From the NCBI GenBank assembly GCA_002951815.1, contig CP019454.1, forward strand, positions 3,087,837 to 3,111,836: DNA of 24,000 nt. The letters are read 5' to 3'. Positions 1 through 8,917 of this stretch are shown here, piece after piece; position 1 is the stretch's first letter, and each line of letters opens with the position of its first letter. The stretch is from Sulfobacillus thermotolerans (GTDB taxonomy: Bacteria; Bacillota; Sulfobacillia; Sulfobacillales; Sulfobacillaceae). The notes below the pieces were generated by a model. It was not told the DNA's origin, did no database searches, and was given only the letters and a program-made list of their open reading frames with translations. The translations under genes were made by a program, and so were the position numbers.

Positions 1-2022
1 ATCGATCAAAATAGCCACGAATTCGCCGGATTGCAGTACGTTACAAAGGTCTGATATCCCTTGACGGAGCTGGCGATAATAGGTAGGGCGGCTCAAATGT
101 AGCGCCATGGCAATGCGGTCGGCATTGCCAATGTGATCGATAAAGGTCATCCGCAAGACTCTTTGCGTGACATCGGTCAGAGGTGGCACGGGGCTCTCTG
201 AAAGGAGAATCCCGAGAATACGGCGGGCTTCATGCCCCTCACACCCTAACATTTCTGGCAAGCCTGTCCGGTTAAAATCATCGACGCTATGGTAAGCCTT
301 GAGAGCCCGACGGAGCGTCTCCTCATCCACGCCGTAGCGATTTTTCACCACCGGGCGGTTGAACGCGCGTATCACCGACCCCACCCAAATAAGAAAGTCC
401 CGGTGCCGCATATCGAGCACGAAGGCTTCCACGCCATCTTCTAATCCAAGCGGATGCGACTCGAAGCCTAAAAGTCCCAACAATGCTTTAAGTCTGGGCT
501 CCCCACTTCCCACAACCCCCCGAAGTCCACTTCCTAAAAATGACAGTCCATCCCGAATAATAATGCCGAGGATGTCTCTGGGGTGATATAAAGGATGGTG
601 CGCATCGACACCCACTAAAGTGCCCAGATACGTATCCGCCTGCTCGGGATCTTGAGGGAATGTTTCGTCTGGAAAATAGCGCGCTACAGTTCCTGGGGCA
701 TATAATTCGATTAACGCCGCCGTGGTATGATGCATCGGCAACGACACGAAAAACCCGATGGGGGCGCCATCAGGAGCCCTAATCACGCGGATGGCCTGAG
801 GAAATTGGGCAAGAACCGCATCGAAAAGAGCGTGTGCTGCCTTCGGTGTCGGCAGGACTAAGCTTTGCCTTCCCCACTCATCAATCATACGATGAATTGC
901 TTGGGCATCTGTGGCGTCAACCTGACGATCGCGCGAGATCGCTGTAAGCGCCCCGACATCGGCGTAAGAGCTTTCGCGCGGCAAAGACGCGGCACTAATC
1001 TCCATAAGCTGGTAGGCCAAGTGACTGCGCTCGCGAAGCGTTGTGGCTTCTCGGTACAAACGACTAAGATAATCGACCGCTTTAATGCGGAGACGTTTTA
1101 ACCCCGTCGGGTTATATTCCTGCATGAAATTGAAGAGTTGGGCCCGGACGACATCGTGCAACGTGATGCCCCCTTGCACAGTTCGCACAAAAGACAAATG
1201 ACTGATGCCTTTGAATTGATCCAGCGTAACCTCGACAGGCGCCATCAAACTCTGGAACGCGGCGTGATTGGCGACAGGCAACACGGTAAGAATGTCGAGT
1301 AACGGATGAAGGGAGGGGTCTGTCACTTCCCTCAGTAATTCAGCCGTTATCTGCTCTAACAAAGAAAGGTCCCATGCTTCCTTTACGTGATTGCGGGTGG
1401 CAAAATAATCGCCCACGACGGCAACCCCTAAAGGATATCCGTGCAAACGCTGAATCACTGCTTGAAGTTCATGGCTATCTTCGACGCCCATGCGCAGAAA
1501 ATATGCTTGCACCTCTTCATAGGGCAACGCGTTTAAAGGGAACGACCTTACACGCTGGTCCCAACCCAAATGCGTGTACCACACACGATCTAGACCCCGG
1601 CGGCTGGATAAGACCACCAGAGCACCTAGATCAGGCAAACGACTCAGCCAATCTTCACGTAACCAGCCTTCAAGCGCGCCCACTTCATTAAAGTTATCAA
1701 ATATCCATAGGACGCGCTCAGGCCACTGGTTCGCCATGCCTGCAGATTCCAATGCATCTTGAAAATACTGAAGAAACGAGGCTGGCTGTTTGGGACAGGA
1801 CCGTCCGTCCATCCATAAGACGGGAATGTGCTGTGCTTGCGCCATCCCCATCCATTCCCACAACAAGGACGATTTGCCCATACCGGCAATTCCATGAACA
1901 TCCCATATTTGTGTCCGTGGCTGGTTGTCCGTCAGCCATTGCTGAAAGGCCGCAATCTCCGCTTGGCGACCGACAAAACGGTCTGAACGGTCTTGATGGA
2001 CGATATCCTGAAGCCAGTTCAT
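1..2022 (-). CDS. STAND-like P-loop NTPase with C-terminal helix-turn-helix; 3' end runs off the window
   Basis: Absent from the ORF track because there is no stop inside the window. Hand translation of the reverse strand starts at ATG (complement of 2020-2022), with SD GGAGGG (complement of 2029-2034) 6 nt upstream: MNWLQDIVHQDRSDRFVGRQAEIAAFQQWL. It carries Walker A HGIAGMGKSSLL (about 1868-1903), Walker B-like VLWIFDNF and LVVLSSRR. Every segment I translated was open down to position 1. The tail DRIAMALHLSRPTYYRQLRQGISDL (about 40-120) looks like an HTH. The middle part (GFFVSLPMH ... LLGLLGFESH) is vaguely GNAT-like. Confidence 0.7.
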   Translation of the reverse strand, partial: MNWLQDIVHQDRSDRFVGRQAEIAAFQQWLTDNQPRTQIWDVHGIAGMGKSSLLWEWMGMAQAQHIPVLWMDGRSCPKQPASFLQYFQDALESAGMANQWPERVLWIFDNFNEVGALEGWLREDWLSRLPDLGALVVLSSRRGLDRVWYTHLGWDQRVRSFPLNALPYEEVQAYFLRMGVEDSHELQAVIQRLHGYPLGVAVVGDYFATRNHVKEAWDLSLLEQITAELLREVTDPSLHPLLDILTVLPVANHAAFQSLMAPVEVTLDQFKGISHLSFVRTVQGGITLHDVVRAQLFNFMQEYNPTGLKRLRIKAVDYLSRLYREATTLRERSHLAYQLMEISAASLPRESSYADVGALTAISRDRQVDATDAQAIHRMIDEWGRQSLVLPTPKAAHALFDAVLAQFPQAIRVIRAPDGAPIGFFVSLPMHHTTAALIELYAPGTVARYFPDETFPQDPEQADTYLGTLVGVDAHHPLYHPRDILGIIIRDGLSFLGSGLRGVVGSGEPRLKALLGLLGFESHPLGLEDGVEAFVLDMRHRDFLIWVGSVIRAFNRPVVKNRYGVDEETLRRALKAYHSVDDFNRTGLPEMLGCEGHEARRILGILLSESPVPPLTDVTQRVLRMTFIDHIGNADRIAMALHLSRPTYYRQLRQGISDLCNVLQSGEFVAILID

Positions 2023-2217
2023 GCCGTGCCCTCCTAATTGGATAATCATTCGTGATGCATTACAAGAATTCCTGCCTTGTCACACGATTCGCTGCTCTGA
2101 TAATCCCCTTGCTCTCCTTTACTTGTTATTATATAGTATCACAGGGGCTTTAAATTTTTCCCCATTTTCGTCCATCACCGCGAAGATGCCCGACACCCCT
2201 GAACAGGAGGATTATAC

Positions 2218-2556
2218 ATGGCAAAAATTGCATTCTGGATTACTGCTGGCCCAGGCTTGGAGGAAAAGGTTCTGGCCAACTTAGTGCTAGCCGGTCGCCT
2301 CAAGGCCAATCGCAATCAAGATATCGAAGTCTATTTCTTTGGCCCTGGCGTTAAATTGGCTGGTCAAGCCGAAGGCCATCTGGCTGAAGCCTTAAAAACC
2401 CTCTCCTCCGGACAAGTCCCCATGGGCGCGTGTCCTTTTAACGCCGACCAATATGGCGTCACGACCACTGTGACTGAACAGGGCATTCATATGGAGCCTG
2501 CCGGCGAGGCCCTTGTCCGTCTGACCGAGCAAGGTTACCAGATTGTCGGTGTCTGA
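2218..2556 (+). CDS. DsrE/DsrF-like family protein (small sulfur-relay-like protein)
   Basis: 112 aa. AGGAGGA SD sits 6 nt upstream. The pattern KIAFWITAGP..EVYFFGPGV...GACPFNADQYGV resembles DsrE-family proteins. A strong terminator follows. Confidence 0.55.
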   Translation: MAKIAFWITAGPGLEEKVLANLVLAGRLKANRNQDIEVYFFGPGVKLAGQAEGHLAEALKTLSSGQVPMGACPFNADQYGVTTTVTEQGIHMEPAGEALVRLTEQGYQIVGV

Positions 2557-2578
2557 GCATTAAGTTCTTCAGCTCACC

Positions 2579-2618
2579 AATCCTTGGGGCATCCGCGTCT
2601 CGCCCCAAGGATTTTTTT
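2579..2618 (+). terminator. Rho-independent terminator
   Basis: 12-bp perfect stem AATCCTTGGGGC / GCCCCAAGGATT (2579-2590 / 2602-2613), 11-nt loop, then a T7 run. Confidence 0.85.
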
Positions 2619-2963
2619 GACCTCTTTTAATTAATGATGAGGTCACAACTGCTATTGAAGACCGTTCATGCCCTGCCATAGCCATTACCCACTTTCGGCA
2701 TAAACCGTCAAACTTTGTGCAGCGCCTGCAAATCTTCGCAACATAAAATGAAAGGCCTGACGAAATTCTTAAGGTTTTGCGATCGATTTTCTAGCGTAAA
2801 ACCAAAAATTGGAAAGAAAAAACTAGACGCATTGTCTGGGGTGCGCCATAATAAACCGTGGTTTTTGACAAGCCCATTTTCCGATACGACAGTGCCCTTC
2901 ATAATTCGGGTTTCCTCACCACCATATGGAGCCCCCAATAAAAATGACGATTGGAGAGAAAAA

Positions 2964-3188
2964 ATGTTTAAGCATGTTGTCTATGCCCTTCGGCACCTTA
3001 TGATCCGCGCCGCTTTAGAATACTGGCGTTGGCGCATGGTGCGCGCTGAACATGACGTTATGCGGCTTACTTATAGTCAGCAGTGCGATCTTTGGATTGT
3101 CAGGTATCACCGTCTTTTAAACTCCCGGCCTACTTCTGCAAGACCTTTAGAACGCGTACGCACTGAACGCGTCAGCAACCAGTACTGA
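2964..3188 (+). CDS. Hypothetical small basic protein (74 aa); doubtful
   Basis: Distal part of track ORF 2715..3188. ATG at 2964 is preceded by GGAGAG. There are no recognisable motifs. The last 82 nt overlap the convergent lspA 3' end. Confidence 0.2.
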   Translation: MFKHVVYALRHLMIRAALEYWRWRMVRAEHDVMRLTYSQQCDLWIVRYHRLLNSRPTSARPLERVRTERVSNQY

Positions 3189-3538
3189 ATCACCAAGGCA
3201 ATCATGCCGAGCCGAATGGCAATGTCCCCTAAATTGAAGACAAAAGGGTATCCCGGAACCCGCCAAAAGTCGACGATCCCGCCCCATAAAAGACGTTCCG
3301 TCCAATTAGCCAACGCACCCGCAAAAATGATGGCCAAGACCGTCTGGTATTCTCGCCACCGCCACCATGCGGCAACCAGGGCCGCCATGGCCAGCGCTGA
3401 GACAACGGCTAGGCTCCATGACGGGGCGTAAGCTAACAGACCAAACGCCATGCCGCGATTAAAAATCACGCCCTGTCTTCCAATGTTTGCACGGTTAACA
3501 ATCCCGAGGCCCAAGGCCGCAATATAGACGATCAACAT
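3107..3538 (-). CDS. lspA: Lipoprotein signal peptidase II
   Basis: LspA motifs are present: FNRGMAFG, FAGALANWTERLLWGGIVDFW and FNLGDIAI, with 4 hydrophobic helices. I prefer the ATG at 3538 (MLIVYIAALGLG, which starts in TM1). The track start at 3637 adds 33 non-hydrophobic residues and has no SD. Confidence 0.8.
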   Translation of the reverse strand: MLIVYIAALGLGIVNRANIGRQGVIFNRGMAFGLLAYAPSWSLAVVSALAMAALVAAWWRWREYQTVLAIIFAGALANWTERLLWGGIVDFWRVPGYPFVFNLGDIAIRLGMIALVIQYWLLTRSVRTRSKGLAEVGREFKRR

Positions 3539-3599
3539 GATGAGCCCCGTACTCCATCCTCTTAACCTCTTGTCCACGTCCGGACCTTTTCCCCCTATG

Positions 3600-3621
3600 C
3601 TACAATCTCTATATAATGTAG
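3600..3621. promoter_or_regulatory. CTACA-N12-TGTAG dyad in the lspA / blaI-like divergent promoter region; candidate BlaI/CopY-type operator
   Basis: CTACA (3600-3604) and TGTAG (3617-3621) overlap the -10-like hexamers TACAAT and TATAAT. BlaI, MecI and CopY repressors are known to recognise TACA/TGTA dyads. Confidence 0.3.
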
Positions 3622-3646
3622 GCTTATTAACCACCATAGGAAATGG

Positions 3647-4042
3647 GTGAGAACCATGCCACTAACAACACGCAACCACCTTCGCAATCAAATTTTGAAC
3701 ATTATTCGTGGGCAAGGCCAAGCCACCGTGAAATCGGTCTATGAAGAAATCTTGAAGAAGCGCGCCGTATCCATCAACACCGTGGCTACTGTCATGAACC
3801 GTTTAGTCACCCAAGGTCTCCTTGTACGCCAAGGCGGGGTGCGCCATTACTCGTATCAGCTTACCCCTGAAGACGGGGTCGCCAAAGCTCGGGCGCTACA
3901 ATCTGTGGAAAATCTCTTATCCGAATTCGGTGAAACCGGTCTTGTTCACTTTGTTGACGCCGTAGACGAAATTGAACCCGGCGCTCTAGAAAAACTCGAA
4001 GAAATTTTACACAGCCGCAAAAAGGAGAAAGGCCATGACTAA
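3647..4042 (+). CDS. BlaI/MecI/CopY-family winged-helix transcriptional repressor
   Basis: 131 aa. TVKSVYEEILKKRAVSINTVATVMNRLVTQGLLVRQ..HYSY fits the penicillinase-repressor fold pattern. There is an 8-nt overlap with the downstream M56 peptidase gene. The start could instead be the ATG at 3656. Confidence 0.7.
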   Translation: MRTMPLTTRNHLRNQILNIIRGQGQATVKSVYEEILKKRAVSINTVATVMNRLVTQGLLVRQGGVRHYSYQLTPEDGVAKARALQSVENLLSEFGETGLVHFVDAVDEIEPGALEKLEEILHSRKKEKGHD

Positions 4043-4904
4043 GACCGTCAGTTCCTGGATTTGGCTTGGAGGGTTGGCTTCGGTATTAGCACTTCCTGTG
4101 TTGCTATTGGGAGCGCTTGATGCAACCCTCGCTCACCATCTCGCTTGGGCCCTCATGAAATCCCCCATGCACCCGGGGCCTATGACGGTCCCCTTATGGC
4201 TTGTTGTTTTAGGTCTTTTCGTGTCTGCCTTGTTAGGTGGATATCTTTATCGCCTCATTGCTATCAGCACCCGCCATATCAGAGAACAATCGACCATCGC
4301 CGCAAAGCTCGAATCTCGCTTGTCCCCACTACCGGAGGAACTCATTCCCCCTAACTTGGCCCCATCAAACCAGGTGCGTTTCGTCAGTCTAACGGAAAGC
4401 ACACCCCATGCCTTTACCTACGGCTTTCGTACCCCCACCATCGTCATCGCGCATTCCATGCAACATTTGCTCGACCGCCAAGCTTTAGCTGCCATCATCG
4501 CCCATGAATATAGTCATGTCCGTTCGCAAGATTATGCGATTCAACAGCTGTTCATAATATTGATTCACACACTGCCTGGGTTTGGTTTCGGCACACTATA
4601 TCGCCAATACTTAACCATTCGGGAAATTCAGGCCGACCAATTTGCCACCTCGTGGCAGCATACTCCCGATCATTTAATTCATGCGATGGTGGCTACCGTG
4701 CGTGCCCTGAAAAACCAACCTGCCGCCCCCTTTCCAAGCGAACCCGCTTGGAATAGCGGCTGGCAGGCACGTATTGACGCCCTAGCATCTTCTGATGGAG
4801 GGAACTCCCATCATCCCGTTGGCATTCTCTGGCCATTTCTGACCTTTCCCGCCATCAGTTCGAGCCTTTTTGTTGCAGCATGTATCGCGGTGGCGTGTCA
4901 CTAA
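4035..4904 (+). CDS. BlaR1-like membrane M56/M48-type zinc metalloprotease (anti-repressor/sensor)
   Basis: 289 aa. It has N-terminal TM helices, the HExxH motif IIAHEYSHVRSQD and a C-terminal TM, and is translationally coupled to the BlaI-like gene. Confidence 0.7.
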   Translation: MTKTVSSWIWLGGLASVLALPVLLLGALDATLAHHLAWALMKSPMHPGPMTVPLWLVVLGLFVSALLGGYLYRLIAISTRHIREQSTIAAKLESRLSPLPEELIPPNLAPSNQVRFVSLTESTPHAFTYGFRTPTIVIAHSMQHLLDRQALAAIIAHEYSHVRSQDYAIQQLFIILIHTLPGFGFGTLYRQYLTIREIQADQFATSWQHTPDHLIHAMVATVRALKNQPAAPFPSEPAWNSGWQARIDALASSDGGNSHHPVGILWPFLTFPAISSSLFVAACIAVACH

Positions 4905-4916
4905 AGCGGACCCTAC

Positions 4917-5789
4917 TTATTGAGCCATCAGATCAGCGTTTAGACCACCCGCGATGCGGCCCATACCCTGGGACACCACAATGCGGACGGGTAACGCCGT
5001 CATCGATGCCCCCGCTTTTGCGGTATATGAGACTTGCCCTTGACTATTGGTGGTTAGATGCGTGCCGCCCGAGGAACTCATCGAGGATCCCCCCATAGAC
5101 GAGGAAGCTCCGGGCGTTTTCGGCGTGACACTGACACTCGCTCCAGACACCGGGCCTGAAGGACTCATGACCGTAATCGTAAGCGGCTGAGATGATCGTG
5201 CGGCAACCACCCGGGCAAACGGTTGAACCACAACGTAGTCGCCGACTGGAGCCGTCGGATTTGTCGTGGACGTTGTCCACCAAGCATCCATGAGCCCCGC
5301 TCCTTTCATGGAAGACGGATTAAACGTACTTAAAGAACCCACTTTGATGCCAATCATCTCCATCGTCTTGGTGGGCTGGCCACGGAGCACAATGGTAGCT
5401 TGTCCCATGCTGTTCGTTGTTTTCGAATAGCTTGCCACGTAAGGCGAAGCCGTTTGGGCGCTAGTCGAATACCACTGGCTCACCCCGGCACCTAACGGCA
5501 CCATGGGCCCAATATAGACGGTCACAGGTTGATTAGCCGCCGGTTGTCCACTGGCCGTTGTGGCCGTTACGACAAATGTGGCTTCTTGCCCAGCTTGGAC
5601 CATTTGAGCCGTTTTATTGGTATTGAGTTCTGCCACCGTCACGGAAGATGCAGCGGAACTTTTGCTAGCGGGTGTGCTGCTCATGGTGCTCGAGCCAGAC
5701 GTCTGAGGCTTGGCGGCTTGCGATGTGGTCCCGCATCCGGCCAACACGGCCGTCAAAGATACGGCCACCCCGATTACTCGTTTGGTCAT
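4917..5789 (-). CDS. Secreted lipoprotein with bacterial Ig-like (Big_1-type) segments
   Basis: 290 aa. It has the lipobox VLAGC, an S/T-rich linker and the Big-like strings GQEATFVVTATTASGQPAANQPVTVY and TTNSQGQVSYT. SD GGGGAGG lies upstream. Confidence 0.65.
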   Translation of the reverse strand: MTKRVIGVAVSLTAVLAGCGTTSQAAKPQTSGSSTMSSTPASKSSAASSVTVAELNTNKTAQMVQAGQEATFVVTATTASGQPAANQPVTVYIGPMVPLGAGVSQWYSTSAQTASPYVASYSKTTNSMGQATIVLRGQPTKTMEMIGIKVGSLSTFNPSSMKGAGLMDAWWTTSTTNPTAPVGDYVVVQPFARVVAARSSQPLTITVMSPSGPVSGASVSVTPKTPGASSSMGGSSMSSSGGTHLTTNSQGQVSYTAKAGASMTALPVRIVVSQGMGRIAGGLNADLMAQ

Positions 5790-5818
5790 AAACTTGCTAA
5801 CCTCCCCAAGAAGCTTTT

Positions 5819-5841
5819 GTAAACTACATTTTGTAGTTTAC
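5819..5841. promoter_or_regulatory. Perfect 10-bp inverted repeat GTAAACTACA-TTT-TGTAGTTTAC (TACA/TGTA dyad); candidate operator
   Basis: Read directly from the sequence. It lies 30-52 nt upstream of the lipoprotein start codon, is AT-rich with a 3-nt spacer, and has no flanking T-run on either strand, so it is unlikely to be a terminator. Confidence 0.4.
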
Positions 5842-5875
5842 ACTGCATTAGAATCTCCTGGCAAGGCATGCCCGC

Positions 5876-6502
5876 CTATGACATGGGAGCAAACTGGCTT
5901 GCAATCAATTCGTTAGAACCCGCTGAAGCCGGAATATAGATGCGAAACAACTGTAAGCGGACGTACGTTCCATCTTGTTGAAAATCTAACCGGTAAGCAG
6001 GTCCTCCCACGCCATAAATCAACATCCATTGGGCTGCAACCCCATCAGCCAACATCACATTGGCCACACTGGCCGGTTGATACGCCGGATCGATGGGTGT
6101 GTTTGATTCGATAGCCAACATGTTGTTGAATTCCAGGTCTAAGTCCGGTCCATCAACATAACTTTCTTCTAATGCCGTATCCGGATAAGCATGCGTCGGC
6201 AATAGAAGATGCAAATGCAGGGAACGGGCCCGTGCTAAGGCGTTAGTCCACACGCTACCCGAATAAGCCATCTTGGCCAACCCGTTAGGTCCTACCGGCG
6301 CGCTACCTGGCGATGACGGCAACACGCTTTGGCGATGCACATGGCGTGCATGATGCGCCCGCACGGTCGCAATAGCTTGGGATTGTACCGGATGCGTTAC
6401 GGGAATAACAGGCGGCAACAACAAAGAAACCCCTCGGTAAAAGACCACCACCGCGGCTAGGCCGCCAACCACGGCCCCGATTCCCTTGACCCATGCCCTC
6501 AC
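5876..6502 (-). CDS. Membrane-anchored hypothetical protein (N-terminal TM, extracytoplasmic domain)
   Basis: 208 aa. SD GGAGGTGG lies upstream. There is one N-terminal hydrophobic helix (GIGAVVGGLAAVVVF). No family was recognised. Confidence 0.55.
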   Translation of the reverse strand: MRAWVKGIGAVVGGLAAVVVFYRGVSLLLPPVIPVTHPVQSQAIATVRAHHARHVHRQSVLPSSPGSAPVGPNGLAKMAYSGSVWTNALARARSLHLHLLLPTHAYPDTALEESYVDGPDLDLEFNNMLAIESNTPIDPAYQPASVANVMLADGVAAQWMLIYGVGGPAYRLDFQQDGTYVRLQLFRIYIPASAGSNELIASQFAPMS

Positions 6503-6578
6503 TCGTCCACCTCCTGATGCTGTATCCCTATCGTTATTGTACTGGACAATGCCGATCTATGGGCGGGCATACGGGATT

Positions 6579-7475
6579 TTAAGCCATACTGGCCGGAACT
6601 CGCATGACGGTTTGCACAAAACGCTCGCCAATTCGCGTCATCGCATCACGATGATAGACCAATGAAAACGTTCGGTATAAACTCAACCCCGCGACTTGCA
6701 CCGAGGCAAATAAATCGCGCTCTCTTGGCTCAATCGTGAGCGGAGACAAAACACTAACCCCCAGTCCTTTAAGCATCATCTGCTTAATCGCATGTGTTGT
6801 CCCTAAAACCAAACGAATATTTAACTGCTTGAGATCAATCCCTTCATAGCCTAAAGCATTTTCTAAAGCCATGCGGGTCCCTGAACCTGGTTCACGTAAA
6901 ATTAATGGCTCTTCCATGAATTCTTCTAACGTCACTTCCTGGCGTTCAGCCCAAGGATGCGTGCGTGCCACCATCACCACCGGCTGATCATCAAAAAATG
7001 GCCGGACCACCACCTGTGCATCGACCATAGGCGCTTCAATAAGACCTATATCCAAGGTATGATTGAGCACTTGCTCGAAAACTGTACGTGAATTGGCCAT
7101 GGTAACGGACCACCGAGCATTAAGCATATCCCGGCAATACTCAGCCAATATACCCGGCAATAGATATTCGGCAATGGTCAAACTCGCCCCAATAGCGAGT
7201 ACTTGGGGACGGTTATCCGTTAACTCCTGCACCGCGTCTTGCGATTCATGGATTAGCCGCAGCAAAGCAGTGACATAGCGATATAGCACTTCACCCATTT
7301 CCGTCAGGTGTACCCCTTGGCTAGTACGTACAAAAAGGTGTGTCGCATAAGATTGCTCAAGCATTTGAATTTGTTGACTGACAGCTGATTGGGATAAGTT
7401 GAGAGCTCGCGCCGCTTGAGAAATCGAGCCCACTTCTGCTACCATCTTAAAAGTCGTCCAGACTTGTTCGTTCAC
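6579..7475 (-). CDS. LysR-family transcriptional regulator
   Basis: 298 aa. It has the N-terminal HTH FKMVAEVGSISQAARALNLSQSAVSQQIQMLE and a typical LysR substrate-binding-domain length, and is divergent from a membrane protein gene. Confidence 0.9.
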   Translation of the reverse strand: MNEQVWTTFKMVAEVGSISQAARALNLSQSAVSQQIQMLEQSYATHLFVRTSQGVHLTEMGEVLYRYVTALLRLIHESQDAVQELTDNRPQVLAIGASLTIAEYLLPGILAEYCRDMLNARWSVTMANSRTVFEQVLNHTLDIGLIEAPMVDAQVVVRPFFDDQPVVMVARTHPWAERQEVTLEEFMEEPLILREPGSGTRMALENALGYEGIDLKQLNIRLVLGTTHAIKQMMLKGLGVSVLSPLTIEPRERDLFASVQVAGLSLYRTFSLVYHRDAMTRIGERFVQTVMRVPASMA

Positions 7476-7706
7476 GGCGCTCTCCTTCCCATTTCACGAC
7501 AGCGGACTTCCCATCCACCGCGAGTTCTTGTATTATTAATAGCAAACAATAAGCTGAATTTTATAGACTATTGTCACTAGTTATTTTACACTATTGTACT
7601 GCATTCTTGATAGGTGGGCGAAGGTTCTATGCTGTAAATCCACGGTTTGAAACAGGGTATCCACCGCCACATTTAGATCATAACTTCAAGAAAGTGAGGA
7701 GAAGAC

Positions 7707-8498
7707 GTGATGCGTTCCGATGCCCAGTCACTGACCTTGTCGGCCCTACAAGGCATCTCGACAGGACTCTTAATTCCTGTTGCCATGGCCACGGCTCTGC
7801 CCATATCGTCAACAGGCCGCGTGCAGATGTGGCACGCGGAAATTTTGAGCGCAGCCCTAGCACTTGCTAGCCTCTCCATTTGGAGACAACTCGCACGCCA
7901 GTCCAGGCGCTCCTCACCGAAATCCGTCGCCAGCAACCTATACGTTCTCACTCTAGGGATTCTCGGGTGGGCAGATACCTGGGGCGCAGATGGAGGCCAA
8001 AGCCTCGTCGCAATTTTAGCATCCGCCTCGGCCACCGGGTTAGTTGCGCATTTTCGCGCAGTCTCTTGGACATTGCGCGTTATTGCTCCCCATTGGCCGA
8101 AAAGTGCATCGGCGGCTTTGGCCATGATGAGCCCCAGTCTCATTGCAGGGTTTGTTCTCGGTTTGGCAGCAGTCGGCACCGCCAACCTTCATCACGCGAT
8201 CTTTGCTGGATTATCCGTCCTATTTGGTGCCTTCATCGGGGTGTCATTGTTATTTGCATGGCTTCTTCGCCCCGTTTTTAGCCCTGTGGCACGTGCTGTC
8301 ATTGCCGTAGGCACGTACATTATGCCTGGCGTTGGCGTGATCTACAGTCTCATCACCCAAACCCCATGGGGTACCTTATCTGCAGCCGCTATCGCAGCCG
8401 CAACGCTGATTTGGTACAACCGGGCGGCCGCCAAAACTCTCCCCTCTAGTCAATTCCCTGATGTCTTGCCGGACCACTCGCATTTTCCTATTACCTAA
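7707..8498 (+). CDS. Polytopic integral membrane protein, unknown family
   Basis: 263 aa, rich in A/L/G/S with about 7-8 hydrophobic segments. SD GTGAGGAG lies upstream. It is divergent from the LysR gene. The start could be GTG 7707 or ATG 7710. Confidence 0.6.
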   Translation: MMRSDAQSLTLSALQGISTGLLIPVAMATALPISSTGRVQMWHAEILSAALALASLSIWRQLARQSRRSSPKSVASNLYVLTLGILGWADTWGADGGQSLVAILASASATGLVAHFRAVSWTLRVIAPHWPKSASAALAMMSPSLIAGFVLGLAAVGTANLHHAIFAGLSVLFGAFIGVSLLFAWLLRPVFSPVARAVIAVGTYIMPGVGVIYSLITQTPWGTLSAAAIAAATLIWYNRAAAKTLPSSQFPDVLPDHSHFPIT

Positions 8499-8690
8499 CA
8501 TGGGGAATTGTGATGATCTCCATAGTCTTCTCACAAGTTCTACGCTATGATATCTGAGATGCGGGCACAAGGAAGACCAAACTAGGTTATTTAAGGAACT
8601 TGTCGTCAGAACCGTTCCGCTTCCGTCGCCGCTTCGCTTTCTCGTTTTTACTGTTGGCAGAATGTCTTTGGCAGAGAGGAGCTACTCCCC

Positions 8691-8858
8691 ATGAGCGACG
8701 TCATTACGTTGATGGAATTCAAGTGTTTTGACTGTGACCAAGTCTTTTTGCTTCCCCAAGGCAGCCGCGCAACGGTCTGTCCCCGTTGCAGTTCAGACCG
8801 CATCCAGCATGCGGGTCAAATGCAAGTTTCCATTGTGGCCTCCGAGAAGAAAAACTGA
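8691..8858 (+). CDS. Small zinc-ribbon protein (55 aa), below the ORF-track size cutoff
   Basis: Hand translation gives MSDVITLMEFKCFDCDQVFLLPQGSRATVCPRCSSDRIQHAGQMQVSIVASEKKN. It has two CxxC pairs 14 residues apart. SD AGAGGAG lies 9 nt upstream, and a strong terminator starts 22 nt after the stop. Confidence 0.6.
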   Translation: MSDVITLMEFKCFDCDQVFLLPQGSRATVCPRCSSDRIQHAGQMQVSIVASEKKN

Positions 8859-8879
8859 AAAACATCGCCATGGCACGGC

Positions 8880-8917
8880 CCAGAGGTCTGAACGGCTCGC
8901 GAGACCTCTGGTTTTTT
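8880..8917 (+). terminator. Rho-independent terminator
   Basis: 10-bp stem CCAGAGGTCT / AGACCTCTGG with a 12-nt loop, followed by T6. Confidence 0.85.

Noticed and set aside
1374-2045. Track ORFs 1374..1691, 1574..1762 and 1752..2045 (+), and 1644..1901 and 1718..1939 (-)
   Set aside because: All lie antisense to or out of frame with the long edge-truncated NTPase ORF, which has Walker motifs and an SD. Their sequences are low-complexity and Arg/Pro-rich.
2708-3188. Full-length 157-aa ORF 2715..3188 (+) and 2708..2938 (-)
   Set aside because: Neither start has an SD, the composition is odd, and no motifs are present. Only the distal 2964..3188 part has an SD, and it is kept at low confidence.
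3204-3431. ORF 3204..3431 (+)
   Set aside because: It is antisense to lspA, which has clear family motifs.
3539-3637. N-terminal extension of lspA to the track start at 3637
   Set aside because: The extra 33 residues are hydrophilic and have no SD. They would also run through the divergent promoter to within 10 nt of the blaI-like start.
5044-5916. ORFs 5044..5283 (-), 5529..5822 (+) and 5710..5916 (+)
   Set aside because: They are out of frame with or antisense to the lipobox-bearing 290-aa gene, and they are Arg/Gly-rich mirror frames.
7673-8281. ORFs 7673..8185 (-), 7678..7863 (-), 7880..8281 (+) and 7571..7870 (+)
   Set aside because: They overlap the hydrophobic 263-aa membrane protein ORF, which has an SD. 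The alternatives have no SD and no motifs.
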